From assembly GCA_944390675.1 (NCBI GenBank), contig CALXQR010000003.1:123896-163895 (forward strand): 40,000 nt of DNA, in the 5' to 3' direction. A program made the position numbers and the translations under genes. Of the stretch, positions 1-7,717 are shown piece by piece. A model generated the notes under the pieces. It was given only the letters and a program-made list of their open reading frames with translations. It did no database searches and had not been told where the DNA came from. Numbering within the stretch: position 1 is the stretch's first letter; each line of letters opens with the position of its first letter. This DNA is from an uncultured Burkholderiaceae bacterium. Lineage in GTDB: Bacteria; Pseudomonadota; Gammaproteobacteria; Burkholderiales; Burkholderiaceae_F.

Positions 1-641
1 TTATTGACTTCAGCGTCGGAACGCTCGGCAAGCCAGGCTCCGAGATGAGTGGCTTCCATTGCGCCGGCTCCTCCGCCGCTCACCATAATGAATCCGATTT
101 CGGTTAGTCGCTTACTTAAGAAAACAATCTGTCGGTAAAAAGGATCGGTTCTGAGCAAATCGTGCCCACCCATGATGCCGACAATTTGTCTTTCGTGATA
201 GTTGGAAAGAAAATCCTTGATGGCGTTGCTCATCGAGTGATCGTGCATATAACGCGACAAGGTTTCTTTAATGTTTTTGCAGAGAACACCGCTTTGAAGG
301 TAATGCCGATAGACGCGCCGATCGTATGTGTTTTCGATGCTGTCTTCGTTTCTGGGATCAAAGCCCGAGTAAAGCGAATTGGCTGAATAAAGATAGCTGC
401 GGTAAATGTCAAACGGAGCGTCTAGTTTTGGGAAAATCAAATTGGTTTTATCCAATTTATGAGAGAACGCATCGGGTAAGACACAACCTAAGAACAGGCA
501 ATCCGTATAAGTGGATTGCGCTGCCAAGTCAGCCAGGTCTGTGAAGTCAATATTTTGAAAGACGTGGTGGTCAATGTGACCGGGCTCGGTGACTAAACCT
601 AAAAGCTGCGTGACTGTTTCAATTTCCGTGTAATCTCTCAT
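1..641 (-). CDS. LOG-family / PpnN(YgdH)-like Rossmann-fold protein, N-terminal ~213 codons; 3' end lies beyond the window
   Basis: Absent from the ORF track because it runs off the left edge. Manual minus-strand translation from ATG at 641-639 is stop-free to position 1: MRDYTEIETVTQLLGLV...QIVGIMGGHDLLRTDPFYRQIVFLSKRLTEIGFIMVSGGGAGAMEATHLGAWLAERSDAEVN. GGH...GGGxGAMEA resembles the LOG/PpnN nucleotide-binding signature. Confidence 0.6.
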   Translation of the reverse strand, partial: MRDYTEIETVTQLLGLVTEPGHIDHHVFQNIDFTDLADLAAQSTYTDCLFLGCVLPDAFSHKLDKTNLIFPKLDAPFDIYRSYLYSANSLYSGFDPRNEDSIENTYDRRVYRHYLQSGVLCKNIKETLSRYMHDHSMSNAIKDFLSNYHERQIVGIMGGHDLLRTDPFYRQIVFLSKRLTEIGFIMVSGGGAGAMEATHLGAWLAERSDAEVN

Positions 642-742
642 GTCAGACTCCGTAGTTCCTTAACTCAATTGTAGCGAAGCAATCGGCTTTCTCTGTGTGT
701 TTGCTAGCCTGGCGCTAAAATTTAGAAAAAACAGGACGAATT

Positions 743-2437
743 ATGATTGTTATTGACCGTATTCGAATTAACGGATTCAGAAGTATCCGATCTCTTCAGA
801 TGCCGCTTGGGCGCTCGGCAGTTTTATTGGGGGCCAACAATTGCGGTAAAACCGCGGTATTGAAGGCATTGGAGTTGGCATTAAGCGACGAGACCGCGGT
901 CAATCTTGAAGACTTTCACGTCAATCGTGCGGGCGAGGCAGAAAAGGTTCTATGGGTTGATGTGCGTTTTATTTCTCAAAATCAGAACGGTAATCGCCAA
1001 ACAGAATTTCAGGGCGCCTGGCAAAAAGAATTTTCGGGCATGATTCGTCGCGATCACTACCGGCGGGAATATTTCGCATTTAGAACTATTTTTACATGCA
1101 CAGACGGCCGAATTGATAAAAAACGCATCGTTATCAATCATTGGGATAGAGCTAAATTGGGCGAAGAGCTGACGGCGTTGCCCCAATCGCTGCAATTTGT
1201 CAGCGTGGACGCAGAGGAGAGCCTGCGTGAAAATCTTCAAAATCCCAACTCTTTTGTAACCCGTATCGTGGAAATGTTAGGATCAGCTTTGGCTAAACAC
1301 CCCGACTACGGTGACAGGCCCATTGATGACCTAAAAGTGCTTTTGGATTCGCTTTGTCATTCACTTGAAGGGCAAGGCGCGCAGATTCCTGAGGATGTCA
1401 ATCTAACGGCTGATAACATTTTGGAATTTTTCTCATTGGTGAAAAGTGACTCTGAGAAAATTCGTCCGCTTTCTGCTCTTCAGGGCAAGGGCAGTCAAAA
1501 AAGCGTTGCGGTTTTATCAATGGTTGCCTTGGTCGATCTTTTAAGCAAAAAGGCAGAGCTTGAAAACAGTCCGCTATTTATGCTGATAACTGCAGAAGAG
1601 CCTGAAACACATCTGCACCCTAATGCGCAAAGAACGCTTATTCGTCGGCTGCAGTCCTTGTCTCATCAATTCATTGTTTCCACTCACTCGCCCTATGTGG
1701 CGGCGGCTTTTGAACCTAATGCGTTCAGAAGTATGCAAAAAAATGATGAGGAGATTGAAGTCAGATGGCTGCCTCAAAATATTGATCCCTTAGAGACACG
1801 CGCCATTAAACGTTTGATTTTGAGATTCCGAGGTGAGACGCTTTTTGCCAGAGGCTTGATTTTTGTTGAAGGGGTAACCGAAGAACAACTCATTCGTGGA
1901 ATGTTCCAAACCTACTTTGGTGAAGATCCCTCTTCATTGGGCATCAGCATTATCGGTGTTGACGGCAAGAGCTATGCGCCATTTTTGATGATGGCTCTAA
2001 GCCTCAGAAAGCCTTTTTGCGTTATCAGTGACAATGACGGCGACGCCAGACACGTTGTCATGAAGCAGCTGTCTGATGTGGAGCGGCGTCTGCATAGTTC
2101 AGCTCGCGATAATCAGAGCGGCCTGTTCTTCTTGTCCCCCGGCCTGGCGATGGAAGGGGAACTGGTTTATAAGACAGGGCTCAAGCGTGAGATTTACGAT
2201 GCGCTTATGGCCTGCAACATACCAGAGAACGTTTCAGCCAAGTCTAAGCGTCAACGTTATGAACGATTGGTGGCTATGAGCCCTCGAGATTTAAAGCGTC
2301 GTTTGGAAAAGAAAAAAGCGGAGTATTCAGGATTCCTGGGAGAAATCATTGCCCAGAATACATACGAGCAACCCATTGAGCTCTTGATGCCTGTGGCTGT
2401 GAGAAAAGCTTTTGAATTGATTGAAACTTGGAGTTAA
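743..2437 (+). CDS. OLD-family ATP-dependent endonuclease (ABC-type ATPase + C-terminal Toprim), stand-alone
   Basis: 564-aa ORF. Walker A GANNCGKT near the N-terminus, Walker B/D-loop LITAEEPETHLHP, and C-terminal Toprim motifs FVEGVTEEQL and VISDNDGD. No adjacent UvrD-like helicase. Confidence 0.8.
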   Translation: MIVIDRIRINGFRSIRSLQMPLGRSAVLLGANNCGKTAVLKALELALSDETAVNLEDFHVNRAGEAEKVLWVDVRFISQNQNGNRQTEFQGAWQKEFSGMIRRDHYRREYFAFRTIFTCTDGRIDKKRIVINHWDRAKLGEELTALPQSLQFVSVDAEESLRENLQNPNSFVTRIVEMLGSALAKHPDYGDRPIDDLKVLLDSLCHSLEGQGAQIPEDVNLTADNILEFFSLVKSDSEKIRPLSALQGKGSQKSVAVLSMVALVDLLSKKAELENSPLFMLITAEEPETHLHPNAQRTLIRRLQSLSHQFIVSTHSPYVAAAFEPNAFRSMQKNDEEIEVRWLPQNIDPLETRAIKRLILRFRGETLFARGLIFVEGVTEEQLIRGMFQTYFGEDPSSLGISIIGVDGKSYAPFLMMALSLRKPFCVISDNDGDARHVVMKQLSDVERRLHSSARDNQSGLFFLSPGLAMEGELVYKTGLKREIYDALMACNIPENVSAKSKRQRYERLVAMSPRDLKRRLEKKKAEYSGFLGEIIAQNTYEQPIELLMPVAVRKAFELIETWS

Positions 2438-2450
2438 CTTTTTCAGACAA

Positions 2451-2476
2451 TAAAAAAGCGACCCGGGCAGTCGCTT
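2451..2476 (-). terminator. Rho-independent terminator 3' of the displaced tRNA-Pro 3' fragment (also closes the convergent OLD gene)
   Basis: Hairpin AAGCGAC-ccgggca-GTCGCTT (2456-2476), followed on the minus strand by a T-run (complement of caataaaaaa). Confidence 0.6.
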
Positions 2477-2485
2477 AAATCATGA

Positions 2486-2505
2486 TGGTCGGGTGAGAGG
2501 ATTCG
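2486..2505. repeat. Prophage left att junction: partial copy of the tRNA-Pro 3' end
   Basis: TGGTCGGGTGAGAGGATTCG matches 37962-37982 (TGGTCGGGGTGAGAGGATTCG) except for one G fewer in the G-run. Confidence 0.8.
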
Positions 2506-2546
2506 TCACCCAATAAAATCAGGGCTTAGATGGCCTATTTTTGTAA

Positions 2547-2560
2547 TTGTTACTTTAATA
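2547..2560. repeat. Possible integrase arm-type site near the left junction
   Basis: TTGTTACTTTAATA resembles the TTGTTACTTATA repeats next to int (37750-37817). Confidence 0.35.
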
Positions 2561-2679
2561 GGCGCTTTTAGCGCTGATTGGGGTCTTGACTAAAAACAAA
2601 TTTTTGTGTTCAAAATAATTAAATTCTTTTGTGTAATCCTGTACAATCCGAGCCAGAAGAACTTTGGACGTGGCCGCTC

Positions 2680-2794
2680 TAAAAGAGGGACTTCTGTCTG
2701 GGCTCTTCTCCTTTAAAAATCACCAGCGGACAGTTGTTGAGGCCGCGCATTGCGTGACATTATTGACAACATGCCTGCCTTAAAAGGGGGACTT
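2680..2794 (+). repeat. Two copies of TAAAAGRGGGACTT, 101 bp apart, in the noncoding left arm
   Basis: TAAAAGAGGGACTT at 2680-2693 and TAAAAGGGGGACTT at 2781-2794. No ORF covers them. Confidence 0.4.
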
Positions 2795-2948
2795 GCTACT
2801 ATGGGCGGTTCCCTTTTTTTCGCCAATTATGCTAACGGTCACGACAACTAGCAACACTAGGCAACAAAGAATGATTGAGTTTCATGGATTGTTCGTATAA
2901 ACTCAAACAGCGGGGCGTAGTGATCGCCCTAGAAAGGAATTCCAGATA

Positions 2949-3182
2949 ATGAAAAATAATACTACGATCGCCCAAACCTTAAAAAAAGGGTTTGTGAAGG
3001 GGTTGCTGTCTCCATTGGCTGCCGTGTATGTCGGCCACGGGGCTCAAGTTCCCGTGCCTCCGGCGATTAAGGTTGAGACTGGATCTTTTGCTACTGATTT
3101 GGAAAAAATTGGTCTTGACTTTAATCGGGCAATGAGGGACTATGGCGAACAACAATCAAGTACCCGTAAGCACGTCAAGTAA
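2949..3182 (+). CDS. Hypothetical protein (77 aa)
   Basis: ORF with AAAGGAA RBS upstream of the ATG. No recognisable family. Confidence 0.5.
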   Translation: MKNNTTIAQTLKKGFVKGLLSPLAAVYVGHGAQVPVPPAIKVETGSFATDLEKIGLDFNRAMRDYGEQQSSTRKHVK

Positions 3183-3618
3183 CGAAGCTCTTACTGAAAA
3201 AGATCAGCCGCTTTCGCAGCATCCCGGAACGAAAGCTCTCCCAGATGCACAGCTGAAGCAAGGGCAGATGTTGACTATGTGGCAAGGGCCTTTGCCGCCG
3301 CCTGCAGTTTTAAGTGAATACGATAGGATAGAGCCTGGCTTTTCTGGGCGAATCGTGGTGATGGCGGAAAAGGAGCAGAACCATCGACACGAGACAGAAA
3401 AAACCTCCGTCGGTGCGCAAGCTTTCTACGTTAAGTTGCTTGCTGTCTCGGATTTTATGAGTAGGATGTTTGGCCAGCTGTTCTTGGTTGCAACTTTTGC
3501 TGTAAGTTTATATTTTGCCTTTAACCAGGAAATAAAGCTTGCTGCGATTTTCTTTTCTCCGTTTATCGTTGTAGCTTTGGCTAAACTTGCAGGTGGCAAC
3601 AAAGACAAAAGCCAGTAA
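3142..3618 (+). CDS. DUF2335-like membrane protein
   Basis: Motif GPLPPPAVLSEYDRIEPGFSGRIVVMAEKEQNHRHETEK followed by two hydrophobic helices. GAGGGA RBS. Confidence 0.7.
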   Translation: MANNNQVPVSTSSNEALTEKDQPLSQHPGTKALPDAQLKQGQMLTMWQGPLPPPAVLSEYDRIEPGFSGRIVVMAEKEQNHRHETEKTSVGAQAFYVKLLAVSDFMSRMFGQLFLVATFAVSLYFAFNQEIKLAAIFFSPFIVVALAKLAGGNKDKSQ

Positions 3619-3623
3619 TAAGA

Positions 3624-3646
3624 AAGGGCACCGCGCTGGTGCCCTT
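3624..3646. terminator. Bidirectional hairpin terminator between convergent genes
   Basis: AAGGGCACC-gcgct-GGTGCCCTT, a 9-bp perfect stem. Confidence 0.65.
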
Positions 3647-3653
3647 AATCGCT

Positions 3654-4016
3654 TCATGCGACCCGTTTTCGCATGGCTCTTTTTATGAACTCCGGCGGCT
3701 CCGGCTGCCGGTTTATTTTTTTCGTGTTCTTGGCGCTCGGAGTGATCGGCCCGGTGATCTCGTAGCTGTTGGTCTGTACGGCGTTTGCCCAGGCAATCAC
3801 CTCTATAGCCTTCCAGCGCGTAGCGTTTGAGATCTTGATGGGCTTAGGGAACGTCGGCTCTGCGTGAGTCAGAAAGGTGACGGTCGATTGACCGATTCCG
3901 AGCACCTTGGCCACCGTTGGCCGATCCCAAAAGAGCTGGCCGTATTCCGGAAAATCCTGAGCTTTCACAGCGGCCACCGCCTTGGCGCGAGCCATCATTT
4001 CGTTTGTGCTTTCCAT
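3654..4016 (-). CDS. AlpA/excisionase-family HTH DNA-binding protein (candidate Xis / recombination directionality factor)
   Basis: WDRPTVAKVLGIGQSTVTFLTHAEPTFPKPIKISNATRWKAIEVIAWANA fits the HTH_17/AlpA pattern (HTH then ...RW...ev..W). Confidence 0.6.
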   Translation of the reverse strand: MESTNEMMARAKAVAAVKAQDFPEYGQLFWDRPTVAKVLGIGQSTVTFLTHAEPTFPKPIKISNATRWKAIEVIAWANAVQTNSYEITGPITPSAKNTKKINRQPEPPEFIKRAMRKRVA

Positions 4017-4025
4017 GGTCTCTCC

Positions 4026-4271
4026 TTATTCCGGCCGATTGAAGTAGCGCCAGTAGCAGCCTTCAAGCCACCGTTTGAACTGTTCCGGATTGAGCCTGCA
4101 GACGGCCTCCTGGCGGCGCTCCGGGATCACGTTGACAAAGCGCTCGCTCACATCAAAGGCGTCGCCGGCATCGGTTTTGATCCGGATGACAAAAAACACT
4201 TTGCCGTTTTGGAAAACTTCAAGGATCTCGCCGCAGGGCAAAACCGGGTTTTTGATTCGCTGCCAACTCAT
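4026..4271 (-). CDS. Hypothetical protein (81 aa)
   Basis: I prefer the internal ATG (MSWQRIK...) because a GAGG RBS lies 5 nt upstream and it avoids overlap with the upstream gene. The track ORF extends to 4343. Confidence 0.5.
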   Translation of the reverse strand: MSWQRIKNPVLPCGEILEVFQNGKVFFVIRIKTDAGDAFDVSERFVNVIPERRQEAVCRLNPEQFKRWLEGCYWRYFNRPE

Positions 4272-4278
4272 GACGGCC

Positions 4279-4674
4279 TCATTTAACCCAGGTTTCCACG
4301 CAGTGGTTTGCGCAGAGCACGCCGAGTTTTGAGTACAGCTCATCGAGCGTGGTGCTGATCTTTTTGGTCTTTTCGAAATCCGTCACGTTTTCGACCATGG
4401 CGCTCTGGTTGTCAGCGATCTCGCGCTTGATCGCGCGAAACTCTTCGCGCTCGGTGATGATGATCACCTGACACGCCTCACCGCTTTCCTCTTCAGGCTC
4501 CTCGGATTTGAGCAGAGCCTCTTCACAGCGTGCGAGCAGGTTCTCAAGCTGCTTTTCGTCTCCTTTGCTCAGGCCGTAATCGCCTGCCATGCCGTAGTGG
4601 TAGTCAATGACACTGCAAATGTCGGCCAGAAGCGATGTTGGGATTTTCACGGTTGGTTCGATTCGTTTTGTCAT
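4279..4674 (-). CDS. Hypothetical acidic protein (131 aa)
   Basis: ORF 4279-4686. The second ATG (MTKRIEP) has a GGAG RBS. No recognisable family. Confidence 0.55.
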   Translation of the reverse strand: MTKRIEPTVKIPTSLLADICSVIDYHYGMAGDYGLSKGDEKQLENLLARCEEALLKSEEPEEESGEACQVIIITEREEFRAIKREIADNQSAMVENVTDFEKTKKISTTLDELYSKLGVLCANHCVETWVK

Positions 4675-4719
4675 GTTGGGCTCCATTGTCCGGACACGCG
4701 AGCGGTGTCCGGTTTGAAT

Positions 4720-4986
4720 TTAAGAAACTTGAGTGAAGTGCGAGCTTTGCAAAATCAAAAGCTCTGCACCGCCGGTGATCGATATGCTCCCATCGAGCAT
4801 GACTGAGGCTTGAGGGATGGCGCGCTCGGGGAGGTACTTTTTGGCGTTGTTAAAGCTCGCCTCAGCAGCGATAAACCACTGTTCGACCATCTTTGCCGAT
4901 GGCTTGGTGCGGCACTTGGCGTGCAAAAAGATTTTGACGGTCTCGCGGCCGGATGCATTCAGTTGAAAAAGCATTTGTAAATCCAC
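4720..4986 (-). CDS. Hypothetical protein (88 aa)
   Basis: ORF in the leftward early operon. No recognisable family. Confidence 0.45.
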   Translation of the reverse strand: MDLQMLFQLNASGRETVKIFLHAKCRTKPSAKMVEQWFIAAEASFNNAKKYLPERAIPQASVMLDGSISITGGAELLILQSSHFTQVS

Positions 4987-5088
4987 AAGTTAAAAACGTG
5001 AATAACGAAAAACGAAAAATGTTGATTTTTATCTTAGCGCAAAATTTCGCTTTTGGCGAATCGCGAGCACGAAAAAGTGTGATTGCGG

Positions 5089-5119
5089 AAAAGAAAAGGG
5101 CGATCAAGAGCGATCGCCC
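5089..5119 (-). terminator. Rho-independent terminator downstream of the repressor gene
   Basis: GGGCGATC-aagagc-GATCGCCC (5098-5119), followed on the minus strand by TTTTCTT. Confidence 0.6.
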
Positions 5120-5134
5120 GCGGTAGAGAAGGGG

Positions 5135-5755
5135 TTACTGGTGGTTGCGGTGTTCGACAACGGTGCCGAGGATGGTGATTTGGTTTTCCGGTTCCTCAAA
5201 GCTGGGGTAGTCGAGGTTGATGGCAAATAGCGAGATCTTGCTGATGCGGGGGCTGCGGAATTTTCTGAGATAAACCGCGCCATCCACGATGGCCAGAACG
5301 TGAGAGCCAGGCACCGGCGGGATGTCCGGATCTACGATGATTTCGTCGCCAGGCTTGAAAGCCGGCAATGAGCTTTCGTCCTGGACGATGTAACCGAAGG
5401 CCTTCGCAGAAAAGTAGTGCGTGGAAATCAGAACCCCGGCGACTTTGTTGGGATCTTCTCTGCCGAGGAGTTGGCCGTCTGTACGAATGGTGATGGCCTG
5501 AATCGGCACATTGATGTTTTGCAGCGTGGTCAGCCCCAGGAGGTAGTCGGCTGAGCAGCCGAGAAGCTGGGCGCAGAGCGCGAGCTTGTCGGCCGGGATC
5601 GATGTGGCTTTCCCATCCGATCGGGCTTTCCAGTTGGTGATGGTTTGAGGATTGACTCCGATGCTCTTTGCGAGCTGCTTTTGCGTGATGCCCTTGCTAT
5701 CCGCAAGCTTCAGGAGCCGATCAATGATGCTAGTGGTATTCGTCATGCGGGTCAT
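5135..5755 (-). CDS. cI: CI/LexA-like phage repressor (N-terminal XRE HTH + C-terminal S24 peptidase domain)
   Basis: KGITQKQLAKSIGVNPQTITNWKA is the HTH. The C-terminal domain carries ...DESSLPAFKPGDEIIVD...AIVDGAVYLRKF. The gene is divergent from a cro-like gene. Confidence 0.85.
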   Translation of the reverse strand: MTRMTNTTSIIDRLLKLADSKGITQKQLAKSIGVNPQTITNWKARSDGKATSIPADKLALCAQLLGCSADYLLGLTTLQNINVPIQAITIRTDGQLLGREDPNKVAGVLISTHYFSAKAFGYIVQDESSLPAFKPGDEIIVDPDIPPVPGSHVLAIVDGAVYLRKFRSPRISKISLFAINLDYPSFEEPENQITILGTVVEHRNHQ

Positions 5756-5823
5756 TGTAAGTTTTCCTATCCGATACTACAAATTTTTGTGATTGCCTTC
5801 GGTTGGCTTTTGCCTTCGAGGAA

Positions 5824-5848
5824 GTGTATATTTCGGAAAATAATACAC
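5824..5848. promoter_or_regulatory. Candidate operator (inverted repeat) in the cI/cro intergenic region
   Basis: GTGTAT-N13-ATACAC. It overlaps a possible rightward promoter: TTGGCT 5803-5808, 18-nt spacer, TATATT 5827-5832. Confidence 0.4.
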
Positions 5849-5880
5849 GGAATCCAATTTTAACGATCAACAAAATTTAT

Positions 5881-6135
5881 ATGAAAACGCCCTCTCCTGT
5901 TGAAGTGGCCGCCTACAAGCTCATGATGAGTGAAATTGAGCGCCTGGGAAGTCAAATTGCCTTTGCTCGGCAGCTGTCTGTGACGCAGCAGTGTGTACAG
6001 AACTGGGTCAGGCGCGGTTACGTGCCCGGCAGCGTGGTCGTGCGCCATCCGGAGATCTTTCTGATGCGCAGCGCATCAACTTGTCGATCGGCCGAGGGGG
6101 TTTCCGTGACGGTCGTGAGCGCCCGGGGAGCCTGA
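5881..6135 (+). CDS. cro: Cro/YdaS-like HTH regulator
   Basis: MKTPSPVEVAAYKLMMSEIERLGSQIAFARQLSVTQQCVQNWVRRGYVP. Start placed at the internal ATG 5881; the track ORF begins at 5803. Confidence 0.65.
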   Translation: MKTPSPVEVAAYKLMMSEIERLGSQIAFARQLSVTQQCVQNWVRRGYVPGSVVVRHPEIFLMRSASTCRSAEGVSVTVVSARGA

Positions 6136-6415
6136 CCATGCCCGCGTGCAGCTTGCATTCTCTCGGCGTTTGCCGCATAATCATTTCGTCTGCAAATAAA
6201 AAGCAGATCGGGATTGGCGTCCCGAGTTACACGGCACTGTGTGCCGCGCCTTGTCGCGGTATTTTTGTGCAAGCAAATCTCCCTTATGGGTGGATCGTAC
6301 GGGGCATCGAAAGATGCGCCGGATCCGTGTACCCGGTACGCCAACCCGTACGGTCTGCCCACCCTCAATTGGCGTTGAGCTGGGCAGGTTTAAGACCTGT
6401 ACACGGAGGTTTGCT

Positions 6416-7717
6416 ATGACAGCAAAGAATCAATCCCAGAGTGTATCTACGCTCTCGGTCCCCATCGTCACACTCGTTGACGATATTCCTACAACGCTTT
6501 CGACAGACGTGGCTGCATATTTTGGCAAGCGCCATCGTGATGTCATTAGGGCGATCGAAAAGCTACTCACTTCAATGCCAGACGACCGTCTGCGCAATTT
6601 TGCGCAGACAGAAGTTGAGCGCGAAAGCCCTCTGCAACCTGGCACCAAAATCAAGTCAAAAGCCTATCGCCTCACACGCGACGGCTTCACGTTTCTGGCC
6701 ATGGGCTTCACCGGGGCCAAAGCTCAAGCTTTCAAGTGGTCCTACATTGACGCCTTCAATAAGCTCGAGGCCTCAACCCTTCGCGCGTCTGCGAAGCCTT
6801 TGCTTGGGGTAGAAAGGCCTGCAGTCGAAATCAATCTCTACGGCACGCGCGTGGATGTGGAGAGCTTCACGGTTTGCGACTACTTCGGGATCAATCACAA
6901 AGAGTTTATGGAAAACGTCTCGGAGTACGTGCGCGAGCATCCCTACATGCTCCGGCGCTTTGAGCTTAAGACGCGCTCCCGGACGGTGGATGGCAAAACC
7001 GTTACGCAGCACTACTGCACGATCGACAAGCCGGGCCTTGTGGCCATCATCCGAGACTACTACGGTGAAAATGAGGAGCTGGTGCGCTTTTGCAAGCGTT
7101 TTGATCCGCTTCTGGAGAACATTCGCCGATACGACTATGTGGATCATCCGCAGGAGGTGGTGCTCAATGAGCTTGCCCGCCCCATTGTCCGCATTGAGGA
7201 CAATACGGCCATGACCACAACGCAGGATGTGGCGTTTTACTACGGCAAAACGCCTGAGGCAGTGGCTGAGGCCGCACAAAAGGCAGCTGCAGCGCTGGGC
7301 ATTAGTGTTGATGACGGATCCGACAAAATCATCAGTTGGCCGCAGTGGGATGAGCCGGGCTACTTGATTGGGCGCGACGTTTTCACGGTCATGGTGGCCA
7401 GCTGGAAAGGCGTCCGAGATCTCAAGCACACTCGGGCTTACTTGATGGAGTTTGACATCAAGGATCAGGCCGAGCGCGACCGGCAGCTCGATTTTGTCGC
7501 CAGAACGAGCGACAGCTTTGCCCGTAAGGCCTTGGTAACGATTGAAGGCGACTCGGTGACTGCTGTGCGCTTGACGTCGCGCACCATGGTGCTTACTGAA
7601 GAGGAATTGCTCGAGCGCATTGAGGGCAAGAAAAACGCCTTTGATCTCTCAATGGTGCGTCAGATCTCTGACGCGGTGTTTCGTCGTTTGAACCGGGAGG
7701 CAGATCATGGCTTCTAG
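6416..7717 (+). CDS. Rha-family phage regulatory protein (antirepressor-like), 433 aa
   Basis: TLSTDVAAYFGKRHRDVIRAIEKLL...AYRLTRDGFTFLAMGFTGAKAQAFKWSYIDAFNKLE is the Phage_pRha signature. Start at ATG 6416 with a GGAGG RBS; the upstream part of the track ORF is rejected. Confidence 0.8.
   Translation: MTAKNQSQSVSTLSVPIVTLVDDIPTTLSTDVAAYFGKRHRDVIRAIEKLLTSMPDDRLRNFAQTEVERESPLQPGTKIKSKAYRLTRDGFTFLAMGFTGAKAQAFKWSYIDAFNKLEASTLRASAKPLLGVERPAVEINLYGTRVDVESFTVCDYFGINHKEFMENVSEYVREHPYMLRRFELKTRSRTVDGKTVTQHYCTIDKPGLVAIIRDYYGENEELVRFCKRFDPLLENIRRYDYVDHPQEVVLNELARPIVRIEDNTAMTTTQDVAFYYGKTPEAVAEAAQKAAAALGISVDDGSDKIISWPQWDEPGYLIGRDVFTVMVASWKGVRDLKHTRAYLMEFDIKDQAERDRQLDFVARTSDSFARKALVTIEGDSVTAVRLTSRTMVLTEEELLERIEGKKNAFDLSMVRQISDAVFRRLNREADHGF

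Noticed and set aside
743-2437. Gabija (GajA/GajB) defence system
   Set aside because: The OLD-type nuclease resembles GajA in size and motifs, but no UvrD-like helicase gene follows it; the att site and prophage begin 50 nt after its stop. I call it a stand-alone OLD nuclease only.
6239-6415. N-terminal 59 codons of the track ORF for the Rha-family protein
   Set aside because: The composition is not protein-like. A GGAGG RBS precedes ATG 6416, where the Rha domain begins.
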